From: an uncultured Actinomycetes bacterium
Lineage (GTDB): Bacteria > Actinomycetota > Thermoleophilia > UBA2241
DNA length: 64,000 bases
Assembly: GCA_963755025.1 (NCBI GenBank)
Contig: CAVWIH010000014.1
Span: 96,001-160,000, forward strand
Reading direction: 5' to 3'
In this document: positions 1-10,434 of the stretch, piece by piece
Position numbering within the stretch: the first letter of the stretch is position 1
How the letters are laid out: each line of letters opens with the position of its first letter
The notes under the pieces: model-generated
What the model was told of the DNA's origin: nothing
Databases searched by the model: none
The model's input: the letters and a program-made list of their open reading frames with translations, nothing else
Translations under genes and position numbers: made by a program

Positions 1-485
1 CGGTAGTGGTCGAAGCGCGCCGGAAAGAAGAAGATCGGCTTGTCGCCGGCGGCGTCGACCACGCGGCGCACGTTGGTCGAGATCAGCGTGCGGCGCGTGA
101 GCACGCCCAGGTAGACCGTCTCGAGGTGGGCGAAGAGCGTGTAGTCGCCCTCGATCGTCATGACCGTCTCCCAGGGGGCGACGTCGTCGCCGTCGTAGAG
201 CGCCCGCACCTCGAGGTCGTCCCAGCCGTCGACCCAGGTGCGCTCGGCGCCGCTGCCGGCGTGCCGCCCGGAGCACAGGCGCAGGGCGGCGATCGCCTCG
301 TCCATGCCGCCCAGCACCGCGGACTCGTATTTTTGAAAGACCTGCATGAGCACGCGCGGGTGCTTGTCGCGCGTCTCGAGGACGCGCTTCGAGAAGTTGA
401 AGTAGGCGTCGGTGTAGTAGCCCTCGCGCATGCGCTCGACCGGCAGGGCGAAGACCTCGGGCTCTAGGCGGCGGCGCTCGCTCAT
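1..485 (-). CDS. Nicotinate/quinolinate phosphoribosyltransferase family protein (5' part; runs off the window edge)
   Basis: Not in the ORF track; hand-translated from ATG at 485: MSERRRLEPEVFALPVERMREGYYTDAYF...VLMQVFQK...LGGMDEAIA...VMTIEGDYTLFAHLETVYLG...FFFPARFDHY, the pattern of type II PRTases of the NAPRTase group. Confidence 0.8.
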   Translation of the reverse strand, partial: MSERRRLEPEVFALPVERMREGYYTDAYFNFSKRVLETRDKHPRVLMQVFQKYESAVLGGMDEAIAALRLCSGRHAGSGAERTWVDGWDDLEVRALYDGDDVAPWETVMTIEGDYTLFAHLETVYLGVLTRRTLISTNVRRVVDAAGDKPIFFFPARFDHY

Positions 486-492
486 GCGCGGA

Positions 493-498
493 AGTGTA
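493..498 (-). promoter_or_regulatory. -10 element TACACT, 7 nt before the ATG at 485 (probable leaderless promoter)
   Basis: Minus strand reads TACACT-tccgcgc-ATG with no room for an SD sequence. Confidence 0.5.
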
Positions 499-500
499 CC

Positions 501-1884
501 CTACGAGCCGCCGCGGGCGGCGCGCATGGCGGCGATGAACCGCCCCGCCATGCCCGGCGAGGCCGCGAAGCTGGCGAACAGGGTGGTCGCCAGGCAGCGG
601 CCCACGACGAAGCCCTCGGTGCGGCTGCTGCCGTCGGGCATGGCGATCTGGTAGGCGAAGACATCCTGCTCGAGCACGAGGAACTCGAGGTCGAAGAGCT
701 CGTGCAGCACGACCTGCCCGCTGTCGTAGGGGTTGGCCCGCGTGGCTTCGGCGCGCACGTAGCGCGGCCGGTCGTACCACTCGAGGAGCTCGGCTTCGGC
801 GGGCACGATGCCCAGCAGGTCGTGGCTGCGCCCGCGGCTGTCGGCGAGGCGCTGCAGCATGAGCAGGGCGCCGCCGCCGAGGGCCAGGATCGGCAGGCCT
901 TCCGTGGCGGCGCCGCGCAGGTGCTGGCGCAGCAGGGCGTTGTCGGAGAACGCGGCGATCGACTGTTCGTCGAGCGTGCCGGTGAAGAGCAGGCCGTCGC
1001 AGCGCTGGGGCAGCTCGCGGTCGCGCGCGATGTTGAGCGGCACGAGGTTGACGCCCATCGCCTGGAGCACGTCGACGTTCTCGAGCATGACGGGCTGCAG
1101 CGGCGGCCCCCAGGCCACCGCCACGACCAGGTCGGTGGCCGAGGTCTCGGGCAGCAGCAGGCGGCGCGGCGCCGACGGCAGAAAGCCGCGCCGCGACGCC
1201 ACGGCCACGATCTCGTCGAGCCGCAGGTAGGTGGCCGCCTCGCGGCACAGCTGCACCAGCGTGGCTTCGGGCGCCCGCGAGCCGCCCAGCGTGCGCACCG
1301 AACCGCTGGCAGCCGCGTACTGGCGCAGGAACTGCTCGGTCAGCTGCGGCGGCACCTGGCCGAGCAGCGGCAGGCCCACGTCGCGGCGCAGCGCCTCTTG
1401 CAGCTCGGCGCCGGCCGCCGAGTCGTCGCCCCCCACGAGCACCACGCCGCCGATCTCGAGCTGGCTCGCCAGGGCGCGCGTGCCGTAGACGGCCGCCGCC
1501 GCGCTCGCCCCGCGGCCGCGGGCGTCGAGCACCAGGATGACCGGCGCGTCGAGGCGGCGCGCCAGGTCGGCGGCGCGCGAACCGTTCACGCCCTCCCACT
1601 TGTCGAGCAGCGGGCGCACGGCGATCGACGAGCGCCAGGTCCATGCGCTCGCTCCACTGGTCGAAGAGCTCGTCGGCCACGGGAGCGGGGTGCAGCGCCG
1701 GGTCGAGGGCGCGAGGGGCGCGCGCGGCGACGTCGTAGGCGAGGCGCCAGAGCGGCAGGTCGAAGCCCAGCAAGATGCCGCGGGTGGCGTGCTGTTCGCC
1801 GAACCCGGCGAGCAGCGCGCCCGCTACAAGGTCGAGCGCGGGCCCGGGTTCGACTCCAGCCAAGATGAGACGCGGCACAGACAC
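501..1884 (-). CDS. Cobyrinate a,c-diamide synthase (CbiA/CobB)-like protein with degenerate catalytic motifs; one frameshift near 1625
   Basis: ORF 501..1619 plus an upstream frame from GTG 1884 (VSVPRLILAGVEPGP...RALDP...). Colinear with CbiA (ADLARRLDAPVILVLDA, GATase-like C-terminal half), ~460 aa when joined. Confidence 0.7.
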
Positions 1885-2137
1885 AGGCGCAGATCCGTCC
1901 TCGGTTCTTCCCGGGCGCCCATCCCACGCCTGAGAGGGCGGGAACGCGCCTGGGACTTTAGAGCTTCCGCGCCGGGGTGCGGATTTCCTGCCGCGGCCGC
2001 CAAAGCCGCGCGCCGCCGCCCCGAACTGTCGCAAAGACCCTAATCCATCGGGCGCGCCTGTCGACATAGGTGACTACACCACCAAGCAGCGACGCGGGAG
2101 CACTCAAACGGGATCGGGCAAGCAACTCAGAGAGATC

Positions 2138-3956
2138 ATGACAGCGCGCATCATCTTCGGCGTGGCCCTGTTCATCGCCGGAGTCATCTTCCGCCTCTTG
2201 AACCAGGACTTCGTCTCCCTGTCGCTGCTCGTGGTCGTCGTCGTGTTCGTCGTGGCCAATGTGCCGTTCCTGTACCTCAGCCGGCACGGTCGCGAGCGCC
2301 AGGTGAGCATCGCCATGGTCGTCGTCGACACGCTGCTGGTGACGGCGGCGGTCGTCTTCACCGGCGGGGTGCTCAGCTCGGTGGCGATCCTCTACCTGTG
2401 GCCCATCGTGTCGGCCAGCCTGCTGCTGCCGCCGTGGAGCGCCTACGTCACGGCGGGCGCCTCGAGCGCCCTCTACATCGCTATCTGGGTGCTGCAGACC
2501 GGCGCCGTGGGGCCCTTCCTGAACAGCTCGACGATCACGCCGCCGGTGCTGCCCGACAACTGGTCGGCGCAGACCGTCGGCATACGGGTGACGGCCTTCC
2601 TGCTGATCGCCCTGCTCACCGGCTTTCTCGCGCAGGCGCTCACCAAGAGCAACTCGCAGCTGCGCGACGCCAAGCTGCGCGCCGAAAGCCAGCTCGACCG
2701 CATGAAGGTCGTCAACGAGCAGCTGCGCTCGATCGAAGAGACCAGCCAGGTGTTCATGCGCCACCACGACGTCGAAGGCCTCATGCCCGACGCCCTCGAC
2801 AAGCTCTGCGGGCTCATGCGCATCGAGAGCGGCTTCGCCCTGGTGCACAACGACAGCACCTGCGCACGACCAGCTCGCCGCCTGTCAGGGGCCCGTGACC
2901 ATCGAGCTGATCGAGCGCTTAAAAGAGGTCGGCCTCGTGCGCATCCACCCGGTCGGCCTGCCGCACGTGGCGACCGTCGACGACGGCACGCAGTCGGCGC
3001 ACGTCCTCAAGCTCATCGAAAAAGAGGGCTTTCGCGACCTCGTGCTGGTGCCGCTCACCGCCAAAGACCGCCGCCTCGGCCTGCTGTGCTTCATCACGCG
3101 GCCCGGCGAAGTGGTGCGCGACACCAAGCTCGCCGCGCTCGCCTCGCTCTCGAGCCAGCTGGCCGTCGCTCTGCGCAACATCCAGTACAACGAGGAGCTC
3201 GCCCGCAAGAACGAGGAGCTCACCCACCTCGACCAGTTGAAGAGCGACTTCATGGCCACCATGAGCCACGAGCTGCGCACCCCGCTCACCTCGGTGATCG
3301 GCTACAGCGACATGCTGCTCTCGGGCGTGACCGGCGAGCTGAACGAGCGCCAGAACAACTTCGTGAGCAGCATCCTCACGAACGGCGAGTCGCTGCTGAA
3401 CCTCATCAACGACGTGCTCGACCTCACCAAGATCGAGGCCGGCCGGCTCGAGCTCAACCTCGAAGCCGTCGACCTGCGCTCGGCGCTGCTCGGCGTGCTG
3501 CCGGTCGTCAAGCCGCGCGCCGCCGACAAGCGCATCAAGGTGTCGACCTACCTGCCGACCGACGTGCCGACCATCATCGCCGACCCGGCCAAGTTCAACC
3601 AGGTGCTGCTCAACCTCCTGACGAACGCCATCAAGTACACTCACGAGAACGGCAACGTCAGCGTCGAAGCGCGCGGCCAGGAAGGCTTCGTCGAGATCTG
3701 GGTGACCGACACCGGCATCGGCATCGGCCAGGAAGACATCGACCGCATCTTCCAGCGCTTCACCCAGGTCGACTCGTCGGCCAGCCGCTCCCAGGGCGGC
3801 ACCGGTCTCGGACTGGCCATCACCAAAGAGCTGGTCGAGCTGCACGGCGGCCAGATCCGCGTGCAGAGCAAGCTCGGCAAGGGCTCCAGTTTCATCTTTA
3901 CGGTGCCGATATCACACGAGCCGGCCGACCACCTGGCCGCCGGCAAGATCAGCTAG
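2138..3956 (+). CDS. Membrane sensor histidine kinase (TM bundle + GAF-like + HisKA + HATPase); frameshift near 2860-2895
   Basis: N-terminal hydrophobic helices in frame 2138; H-box SHELRTPL, N-box NLLTNAIKY, G boxes DTGIGI and GGTGLGL in ORF 2895..3956. Confidence 0.9.
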
Positions 3957-3973
3957 GACGGGTGGAAAACGCC

Positions 3974-4336
3974 ATGAGCAAGTCGATCGTCGTCGCCGAT
4001 GACGACCCCGATATCCTGAGCATCGTCGCGATGTCGCTCGAGACCCAGGGCTACGAGGTCTACAAGGCGGCCAACGGCCGCGAGGCCGTCGACCTCGCCC
4101 GCGACCACCATCCCGACCTCATCATCCTCGACATGATGATGCCGGTCATGAGCGGCTACGAAGCCATAGCCGAGCTCAGGGCCGACGACGCCACGCGCGC
4201 CATCCCCATCGTCGGCCTCTCGGCCAAGGCGATGGCGACCGACATGGAACGCGCCACCGACGTCGGCATCGACGGCTACATCACCAAGCCCTTCCGCATC
4301 GCCCAGGTGCTCTCGGTCATCGAGGGCTACCTCTGA
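3974..4336 (+). CDS. Single-domain response regulator (receiver only)
   Basis: MSKSIVVADDD...ILDMMMPVMSG...SAKA...YITKPF; C-terminal part of ORF 2138..4336, own ATG at 3974. Confidence 0.9.
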   Translation: MSKSIVVADDDPDILSIVAMSLETQGYEVYKAANGREAVDLARDHHPDLIILDMMMPVMSGYEAIAELRADDATRAIPIVGLSAKAMATDMERATDVGIDGYITKPFRIAQVLSVIEGYL

Positions 4337-4348
4337 GTCGACCCCCGC

Positions 4349-4373
4349 GCGGGCCGGTCGCGCGACCGCCCGC
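4349..4373 (+). terminator. GC-rich hairpin after the response regulator stop
   Basis: gcggg-c-cggtcg-cg-cgaccg-cccgc inverted repeat; no U-tract. Confidence 0.35.
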
Positions 4374-4518
4374 AGGCCCTGCGTCCATCGACTCATCCTC
4401 GCCCACGAACTGCCGATAACGAAACCGACAAACCGGCGGCGACTCCAGCGAGTGGCCAGAGGCCGCCGGACGCGCGAAGGAGACTCCCACGAGCGACCCG
4501 CACGAGAGCCGGTCCCGC

Positions 4519-5886
4519 GTGAGCATCGAGGTCAAGACCACAGGCATGATCGTCGTGATCTTCCTGGTCGTGGTCGCGGTGTTCGCCCGTCAACTCAGCC
4601 GCGATCTGCTCATGCAGCTCGGCGTCGCGTTGACTGTGGCCCTTGTCCTGGTCGTCGCCGTGCTCGACGTCTGGGTCTACCGCCCCGTCAACTCGCTGAT
4701 CAGACGTTCCCGGCGGCGGCTGGGCAGCCGCTACGAACACGACGACCCGCGCCACCGCGACGAGATCGCCGAGCTCGACTTCCTCATCAACACCATCATC
4801 CGCACGTTCACCGAGGTGCAAAGCCACGAGGTGCGCACCGAGCGCGCCGAAAGCGACCTCATCCGCCTGCAGAACTTCAACCGCCAGCTCGTCGAGGTCG
4901 GCGACATCGGCCAGGAGATCAACGCCGCCCTGCCCTACCGCGAGACGGTCGAACGCACCCTGGCGCGCGCCAAGAACTTCTTGCGGGCCGACTTCGTGGC
5001 GCTCATCTCGCTCGAGCCCAACACGCGGGCCTTCGACGTAGAGGGCGCGCTCGGCGTGCAGGCGCCGTCGATCGACGCCGACTGCTGCCTGTTCACCACC
5101 GACTGCCCGGTGCGCAAGGCGATCGACGACCACACCGTGGTGCGCTCGTCCAACCACACCTGCACGCTGTTCCCCCAGACCATGAAGAGCCAGCTCATCG
5201 TGCCCTTCGAGGTCGACCCCATGGGCGAGATGGCGCTGCTGGCCACCTCGACCACGAGCGAGCACTTCGACGAGATCGCCACCAACGTCCTGTCTACGCT
5301 GCAGGGCCACGTGCACGGCGCGCTGTCGAACGCCCGCAAGTACGACAGCATCCGCCGCCAGGTCGTGACCGACCACCTCACGCGCCTCTACAACCGCCGC
5401 TTCTTCATGAACCGCGCCGAAGAAGAGCTCGCCCGCAGCCTGCGCAACCAGCAGCCGCTGTCGCTCGTCATCCTCGACATCGACCACTTCAAGCACTTCA
5501 ACGATTCGTACGGCCACGCCACCGGCGACCGCGTGCTGCAGGTCGTGGCGGCGGTCATGCAGCAGCACGTGCGCAAGACCGACATCTGCAGCCGCCACGG
5601 CGGCGAGGAGTTCGGCATGTTGCTGCCCAGCACGCCGGGCGACAACGCGAGCTTCATGGCCAACCGGCTGCGCCGCACGCTGGCCGAGACCCGCTACACC
5701 GGCCTGGGGCTGCCGCCCGACGTGAACATCACGATCAGCATGGGCGTGGCCACCTGCCCGCGCGACGCGACCACCGTCGCCGAGCTCTTCGAGCTCGCCG
5801 ACCAGGCGCTCTACCAGGCCAAAGAGGCCGGGCGCGACCGCGTCATCCAGTACGGCGTCGAGGTCCAGCCCGTCTTTTACGATTAG
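4519..5886 (+). CDS. Membrane diguanylate cyclase (2 TM + HAMP-like + GAF + GGDEF)
   Basis: TDHLTRLYNRR, DIDHFKHFNDSYGHATGD, I-site RKTD, active-site GGEEF, ADQALYQAK. Confidence 0.9.
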   Translation: MSIEVKTTGMIVVIFLVVVAVFARQLSRDLLMQLGVALTVALVLVVAVLDVWVYRPVNSLIRRSRRRLGSRYEHDDPRHRDEIAELDFLINTIIRTFTEVQSHEVRTERAESDLIRLQNFNRQLVEVGDIGQEINAALPYRETVERTLARAKNFLRADFVALISLEPNTRAFDVEGALGVQAPSIDADCCLFTTDCPVRKAIDDHTVVRSSNHTCTLFPQTMKSQLIVPFEVDPMGEMALLATSTTSEHFDEIATNVLSTLQGHVHGALSNARKYDSIRRQVVTDHLTRLYNRRFFMNRAEEELARSLRNQQPLSLVILDIDHFKHFNDSYGHATGDRVLQVVAAVMQQHVRKTDICSRHGGEEFGMLLPSTPGDNASFMANRLRRTLAETRYTGLGLPPDVNITISMGVATCPRDATTVAELFELADQALYQAKEAGRDRVIQYGVEVQPVFYD

Positions 5887-5895
5887 GCGCGACCC

Positions 5896-7518
5896 TTACT
5901 CGAGCCCCATTCCCCGGCGGATCAGCGCCGGCGTCGTCGCCCCCCATTCGAGCAGCTCGTCGTGGAACGCCTTGAGCGACGGCGAGCGGCGGCGGGCAAA
6001 GTCGGTCGCGAGCGCCATGATCTCGCGCTTGCCGATCAGGTAGGCCATGGGGTACCCGGGCGCGCCCGAGTACCAGCGCACCTCGAGCTCGGCGGAGGGG
6101 CGCTCTATGTGGGCCTCGCTCGACAGAAAGTCGACGGCCTGGTCGAAGCTCATGAGGCCGAGGTTCAGCTCCATGTCGATCACCACCCGGCAGGCGCGCC
6201 AGAGCTGGTCGTTCAGGCGCATGAGGCGCACCGCGGGGGCGGCCAGAAAGCCCTGGGCCTCCATCATCTCTTCGCAGTAGAACGCCCAGCCCTCGATGAG
6301 CAGCATGCCGCCGTCGGGGATGAAGGCGACGCGCCGGGCCAGGGTCGCGGCGCGGTTGGCGCGCCCGAACTGGGTGTGGTGGCCCGGATAGGCTTCGTGC
6401 ACGCCGACCGTCGGCATCGAGGCGAAGGGGTGCCCGCCGAGGGCCCGCGACAGCTCGTCGCCGCTGAGGTCGTCGGAGGGCACGGTCACCCAGTAGAAGC
6501 CCCGGGGGAGGCGGTCGTACGGCCCGGCCCCCTCGTAGGCGGCGAACGGCAGCGAGCCGCGCAGCGCGGGCGGCGTGGCTTCGACGACGAGCTGCTCGTC
6601 GGGCGCCAGGGTGACGAGGTCGTGCTCGACGACGAAGCGCCGCGCCGCGGCGAGCGCGTCGCGGTAGCTTGCCAGCAACTCGCCGCGCGCGGGCCGGTCG
6701 GCCTGCACCGCGGCGATCGCCGCGGTGGTAGAGGAGTGCCCCATGGCGGCGGCCAGCTCGTCCATGGCGGCGCGCGTGTCGGCCATGGCGGCGCGCCCCA
6801 CGGCGGCGATCTGCTCGGGCGTCTCGTCGAGCAGGTGCTCGTGGGCGAGCAGGTCGACCAGCAGCTCGCGGCCGCCGGCGACCGCCGAGGTGGCGGTGGG
6901 CAGGTAGCGGGCGCGCAGCTCGTCGCCGAAGCGCGTCACGGCGGCGGCGGCCAGGCGCGCCGGGCCGTCGAGGGCGCCGGCGAAGCCGAGCTCGACGGCC
7001 GCTCGCGGCGCGGCTTCGCCGACCAGCTCGGTGACCCCGGGAACGTCGGCCAGGGCGGTGGCGACGAACGGCGACGGCAGCGGCGCGCGCAGGTTGGCGA
7101 GGCCTTCCTCGAGCACGCCGGGCAACGCCCGCAGGCGGCCGGCCATAGCCTCGACGCGTTCGGCGGGCGTGCCGACCTCTTTGATCATGAGCAGCAGCAC
7201 GCCGTAGGCGGCGTCGAGATAGAGCCCGGGCTTGGCCTGCTGCACGCGGCGCGTCTCGAAGCTCCGCAGGACCCGCCGCGCGATCTGGCCGCCGGTGACG
7301 GCGTCGATCGCCGCGGCGCCGGCGGCGCCGGCCGCGGCGTCGTCGAGCAGCCCGAGGAGCCGGCGGGCGTCGGCCACGTAGGCCGCCAGGGCGGGCGCCG
7401 AGAGGTCGGGCAGCTCGCCGGCGTGCTCGACCATGCCGAGCTGCGTGGCGACGATGGGGTCGGCCGCGGCGACGCGGTCGACGAGGCGCTGGACGAGGTC
7501 TGTGACGCTGGACGGCAT
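5896..7518 (-). CDS. DUF885 domain-containing protein
   Basis: HEAYPGHH, EGWAFYCE, LWRACRVVID and PGYPMAYLIG motifs. Confidence 0.9.
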   Translation of the reverse strand: MPSSVTDLVQRLVDRVAAADPIVATQLGMVEHAGELPDLSAPALAAYVADARRLLGLLDDAAAGAAGAAAIDAVTGGQIARRVLRSFETRRVQQAKPGLYLDAAYGVLLLMIKEVGTPAERVEAMAGRLRALPGVLEEGLANLRAPLPSPFVATALADVPGVTELVGEAAPRAAVELGFAGALDGPARLAAAAVTRFGDELRARYLPTATSAVAGGRELLVDLLAHEHLLDETPEQIAAVGRAAMADTRAAMDELAAAMGHSSTTAAIAAVQADRPARGELLASYRDALAAARRFVVEHDLVTLAPDEQLVVEATPPALRGSLPFAAYEGAGPYDRLPRGFYWVTVPSDDLSGDELSRALGGHPFASMPTVGVHEAYPGHHTQFGRANRAATLARRVAFIPDGGMLLIEGWAFYCEEMMEAQGFLAAPAVRLMRLNDQLWRACRVVIDMELNLGLMSFDQAVDFLSSEAHIERPSAELEVRWYSGAPGYPMAYLIGKREIMALATDFARRRSPSLKAFHDELLEWGATTPALIRRGMGLE

Positions 7519-7570
7519 GGCGTGCCTCCCGGTCGTCCGACCCCCCGGCGCCTGCGCCGACGAGCCGGTC

Positions 7571-7930
7571 TTAGGTGCGGTAGGAGTCGAGGTAGGTCTG
7601 CAGGGGCTCGACCTTACCGCCCATGATCTTCTCGACGACGTCGTCGAGGATGCCCTTGGCGACGTCGAGATCGCTCACGATGGCGCGGTAGATGTACCCC
7701 GAAGGCTCCTTGTCCTGTTCGAGGAGGCCCTTCACGTGCAGGTTGCGCAAGACGCTCATCACGGTGGTGTAGGCGATGCGGCGGCGCAGGCGCAGCTCTT
7801 CGTAGACGTCGCGCACCTTGACGTCGCCTTTGTCCCACACGATGCGCAGGATCTCGGCCTCAAGCCATCCGAGACCCGTCAGATCGCGGCTGCGACTCTT
7901 CTTGCGCCATCTCACGTACTCGTCTTTCAT
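7571..7930 (-). CDS. BlaI/MecI/CopY family transcriptional regulator
   Basis: LGWLEAEILRIVW...VRDVYE...IAYTTVMSVLRNLHVKG; ATG 7930 with GGAGG upstream. Confidence 0.9.
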   Translation of the reverse strand: MKDEYVRWRKKSRSRDLTGLGWLEAEILRIVWDKGDVKVRDVYEELRLRRRIAYTTVMSVLRNLHVKGLLEQDKEPSGYIYRAIVSDLDVAKGILDDVVEKIMGGKVEPLQTYLDSYRT

Positions 7931-8062
7931 CGATCCTCCGACGTTCCACTTAGAGCTGCGGACCCCATGCTGAGCAGCGCACAAGTATGGAGTGAGTCGG
8001 ACGTCAAGAGACGGCAAGACCTCCGCCCGGCGCGAGCATGGGGGACGACCCGAGCTTGTACT

Positions 8063-9946
8063 CTACCGACTTTGTTCCGACGCCCGCAACCGAGCGCCGC
8101 CGCCCGGCGCCGTCCTTCGGTCATGCAGCTCGGTGGCGAGATCGTCCCAGAGCGCCCGCGGCGTGACGACCATGCGCAGCTCGAACCGGCCCGCCGAGGA
8201 GGCGTGCAGCAGGATGAAGTCGGGGCGCTCGCGGGTGAGCGTGCCGGCGCCGGCGACCACCTGCCAGTAGGGCGAGTAGCTCACCTTGACGACGTAGGCG
8301 CCCGGCGCCGAGACGCGCATCACGATCGCCTCGCGGTCGAGGGCGAGGACCCGCGCCGCGCCGGCGCCCGGCGCGGGGGCGACGATGGGCAGCGCACCGG
8401 CCAGCTTGAAGATGGTCCAGTCGGCGTCGCGGTAGACGACCGTGAAGCTGGGGTCGGTGGTGAGGATGGCGGTCTCCTGCGGGCCCGACTGGTCGAGGGG
8501 CGCGGCCGGCAGGAAGACGTACCGGACGCCCATCGCGTGCAGCCAGGCGACGTACTGGGCGGCGCTGAAGCGGGGCCGGGTGAGCACCGCGTTGTGGAGG
8601 GCGTCGGACTGCCGGTACCAGCCCCGGGTGATGGCAAAATCGTCGACCGGAAAGTAGTACGCCTCCCAATGGTTGGCGAGGGCGACCACGTGAAAGCGGT
8701 AGTCGGGATCGTGGTGGCCGGCCGCCCAGGCCAGCGCCGAGGCGAAGAAGACGGGCTTGGTCGAGGCTCCCTGCGCGGGACTCACGAAATGGGTGACCGG
8801 CACGATGACCTGGCCGAACGCCGCGCCGGCGAGCACCACGACCAGCGCCAGGCGCGGCAGTCGCACCTTGCGCAGCGTGAGCAGCAGCGGCACGCCGAAG
8901 ACGAAGAAGAAGCGCCCGAAGGTGCCGCCCATGGCGTTGGCCGGCAGCGCTACGGCGGCGATCGCCACCACGCCGAAGGTGGCGAACAGGGTCGCCTTGG
9001 CCGCCCGTCGGGGGTCGCGTGACAGCCGGGCGCCGGCCACGCCGACCGCGGCGAACGACACGTAGGCGACGACCTCGATCGGGTGGTACTGGTAGGTCGC
9101 AGCCTCCCAGAAGAACAGAGCCAGCACGACCCGGGCGACGGCGAAGGGCAGCAGGTAGAGCGCCAGCCGCCGCAGCCCGGCGCGACGCTCGGGCAGCGCG
9201 AGGTACTGCGCCACGAGGAAGATAGCGCCGACCGTGACCGCGACCGGATTGGCGAACCCGGCCACCCCGATGAGCACGGCGGCGACGACGCGCCGGTCGC
9301 AGGCGGCGGCCGCCAGGCCGCCCATGGTGAGCGCCAGGGCGAACAGGAACGGGTCCTGGCCGTTGGCCAGGTACACGGCGAGCACGACGGCGAGGGCGGC
9401 GGCCGGCAGCACGCCGGTCACGCCGTAGATGCGCCGCATGTAGATGTAGAAGAGGATCGGCAGCACCGCGGCCGAGGCGACCACCAGCACGCTGTAGTTG
9501 ATGAACTGGGCGAGCCAGTAGAAGACGAAGCCGTAGCTGACCATCTGGTAGGCGCCGCCGTACCACTCGTTGTCCCAGAGCAGCGCACCGCCCTGGCGCA
9601 GCGTGGCGATCTTGTAGAGGTGGGCCGGCGTGTCCCAGCCGTTGAAGCCGGCCAGGCGCATGATGACAGCCGCGACCGTGATCAGGGCGATCGAGCCCAG
9701 CAAAAGCCAGACGATGCGGCGCGGCACGGCGCGCGGCGCGGGCGGCGGGTCAAAAGCGGGCGCGGCGGACACGGGCGGCTGGTCGGAGGCGGTCGCGGGG
9801 GACACCGGCGGCGGGCCGGAGGCGGTCGCGGGGGACACGAGCGGCGGGCCGGAAGCGGGCACGGTGGACCCGGCGGGCGGGGCGAGCGCGGGCGTCGTGG
9901 CGAGCGCGGGCGTGCCTCGCCGGCGTCGTCCTGCCCCGTCACCCAT
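8063..9946 (-). CDS. Polytopic membrane protein, GT-C glycosyltransferase-like; Pro-rich repeat at the N-terminus
   Basis: GWDTPAH loop after TM1, WDNEWYGG, about 11 TM segments, RGWYRQ in the C-terminal domain; 33-bp repeats at ~9750-9860; TAGAAT at 9971-9976. Confidence 0.55.
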   Translation of the reverse strand: MGDGAGRRRRGTPALATTPALAPPAGSTVPASGPPLVSPATASGPPPVSPATASDQPPVSAAPAFDPPPAPRAVPRRIVWLLLGSIALITVAAVIMRLAGFNGWDTPAHLYKIATLRQGGALLWDNEWYGGAYQMVSYGFVFYWLAQFINYSVLVVASAAVLPILFYIYMRRIYGVTGVLPAAALAVVLAVYLANGQDPFLFALALTMGGLAAAACDRRVVAAVLIGVAGFANPVAVTVGAIFLVAQYLALPERRAGLRRLALYLLPFAVARVVLALFFWEAATYQYHPIEVVAYVSFAAVGVAGARLSRDPRRAAKATLFATFGVVAIAAVALPANAMGGTFGRFFFVFGVPLLLTLRKVRLPRLALVVVLAGAAFGQVIVPVTHFVSPAQGASTKPVFFASALAWAAGHHDPDYRFHVVALANHWEAYYFPVDDFAITRGWYRQSDALHNAVLTRPRFSAAQYVAWLHAMGVRYVFLPAAPLDQSGPQETAILTTDPSFTVVYRDADWTIFKLAGALPIVAPAPGAGAARVLALDREAIVMRVSAPGAYVVKVSYSPYWQVVAGAGTLTRERPDFILLHASSAGRFELRMVVTPRALWDDLATELHDRRTAPGGGARLRASEQSR

Positions 9947-10077
9947 CTCGACACCCCCTTTCGAAGGTCGATTCTACAAGGTATGAACATCGCGCACGTG
10001 CCGCGCGGCCGCGCGCGTCGCGCTCGCGGTGCTCGTAGCCGCGCTCGTCGAGCGACGGCGGGCGCGGCGGGCGCGGG

Positions 10078-10434
10078 TCAGGCATCGTCGGGCGACGGCG
10101 CGCCGCGCTCCCGCTTGCGCCTCGAACGGTGTGCCTTGTCGGTCAGGCGGCGCTCCTTCTCGGCGCGCGACACGCGGCGCGCGCGCCGCGGCGGACGCGC
10201 CGCCTCGTCGTTGGCGCGCGCCACCTTCTCGCGCAGGCGGGCCAGGCAGATGGCCTTGTTGCGGTGCTGGCTGCGCTCTTGCCGGGAGATGACGACGATG
10301 CCGCTGGGCCGGTGCCGCAGGCGCACGGCGCTGTCGGTCGTGTTCTGGTGCTGACCGCCGGGGCCGCCGGCGCGGAACGTGGTGACGTCGCACTCGGCGA
10401 GCAGGTCGTCGTCGTCTGCGGGCAGCTCGATCAT
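10078..10434 (-). CDS. Peptide chain release factor-like protein (ArfB-type GGQ peptidyl-tRNA hydrolase)
   Basis: [22 protein letters not shown]...RSQHRNK and a basic C-terminal tail; start overlaps the upstream stop (ATGA). Confidence 0.85.
   Translation of the reverse strand: MIELPADDDDLLAECDVTTFRAGGPGGQHQNTTDSAVRLRHRPSGIVVISRQERSQHRNKAICLARLREKVARANDEAARPPRRARRVSRAEKERRLTDKAHRSRRKRERGAPSPDDA

Noticed and set aside
1890-2040. Cobalamin riboswitch upstream of the cbiA-like gene
   Set aside because: A GC hairpin precedes the RBS, but I could not find the conserved B12-box elements.
2138-4336. 732-aa membrane protein-receiver hybrid
   Set aside because: Artefact of the frameshift in the kinase. 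The kinase ends at 3956 and the regulator has its own start at 3974.
4425-4490. c-di-GMP-I riboswitch-like start (gacaaaccggcggc...gccgccggacgc) upstream of the diguanylate cyclase
   Set aside because: Only an 8-bp stem. There is no GNRA tetraloop and no recognisable second stem or receptor; an Rfam scan would be needed.
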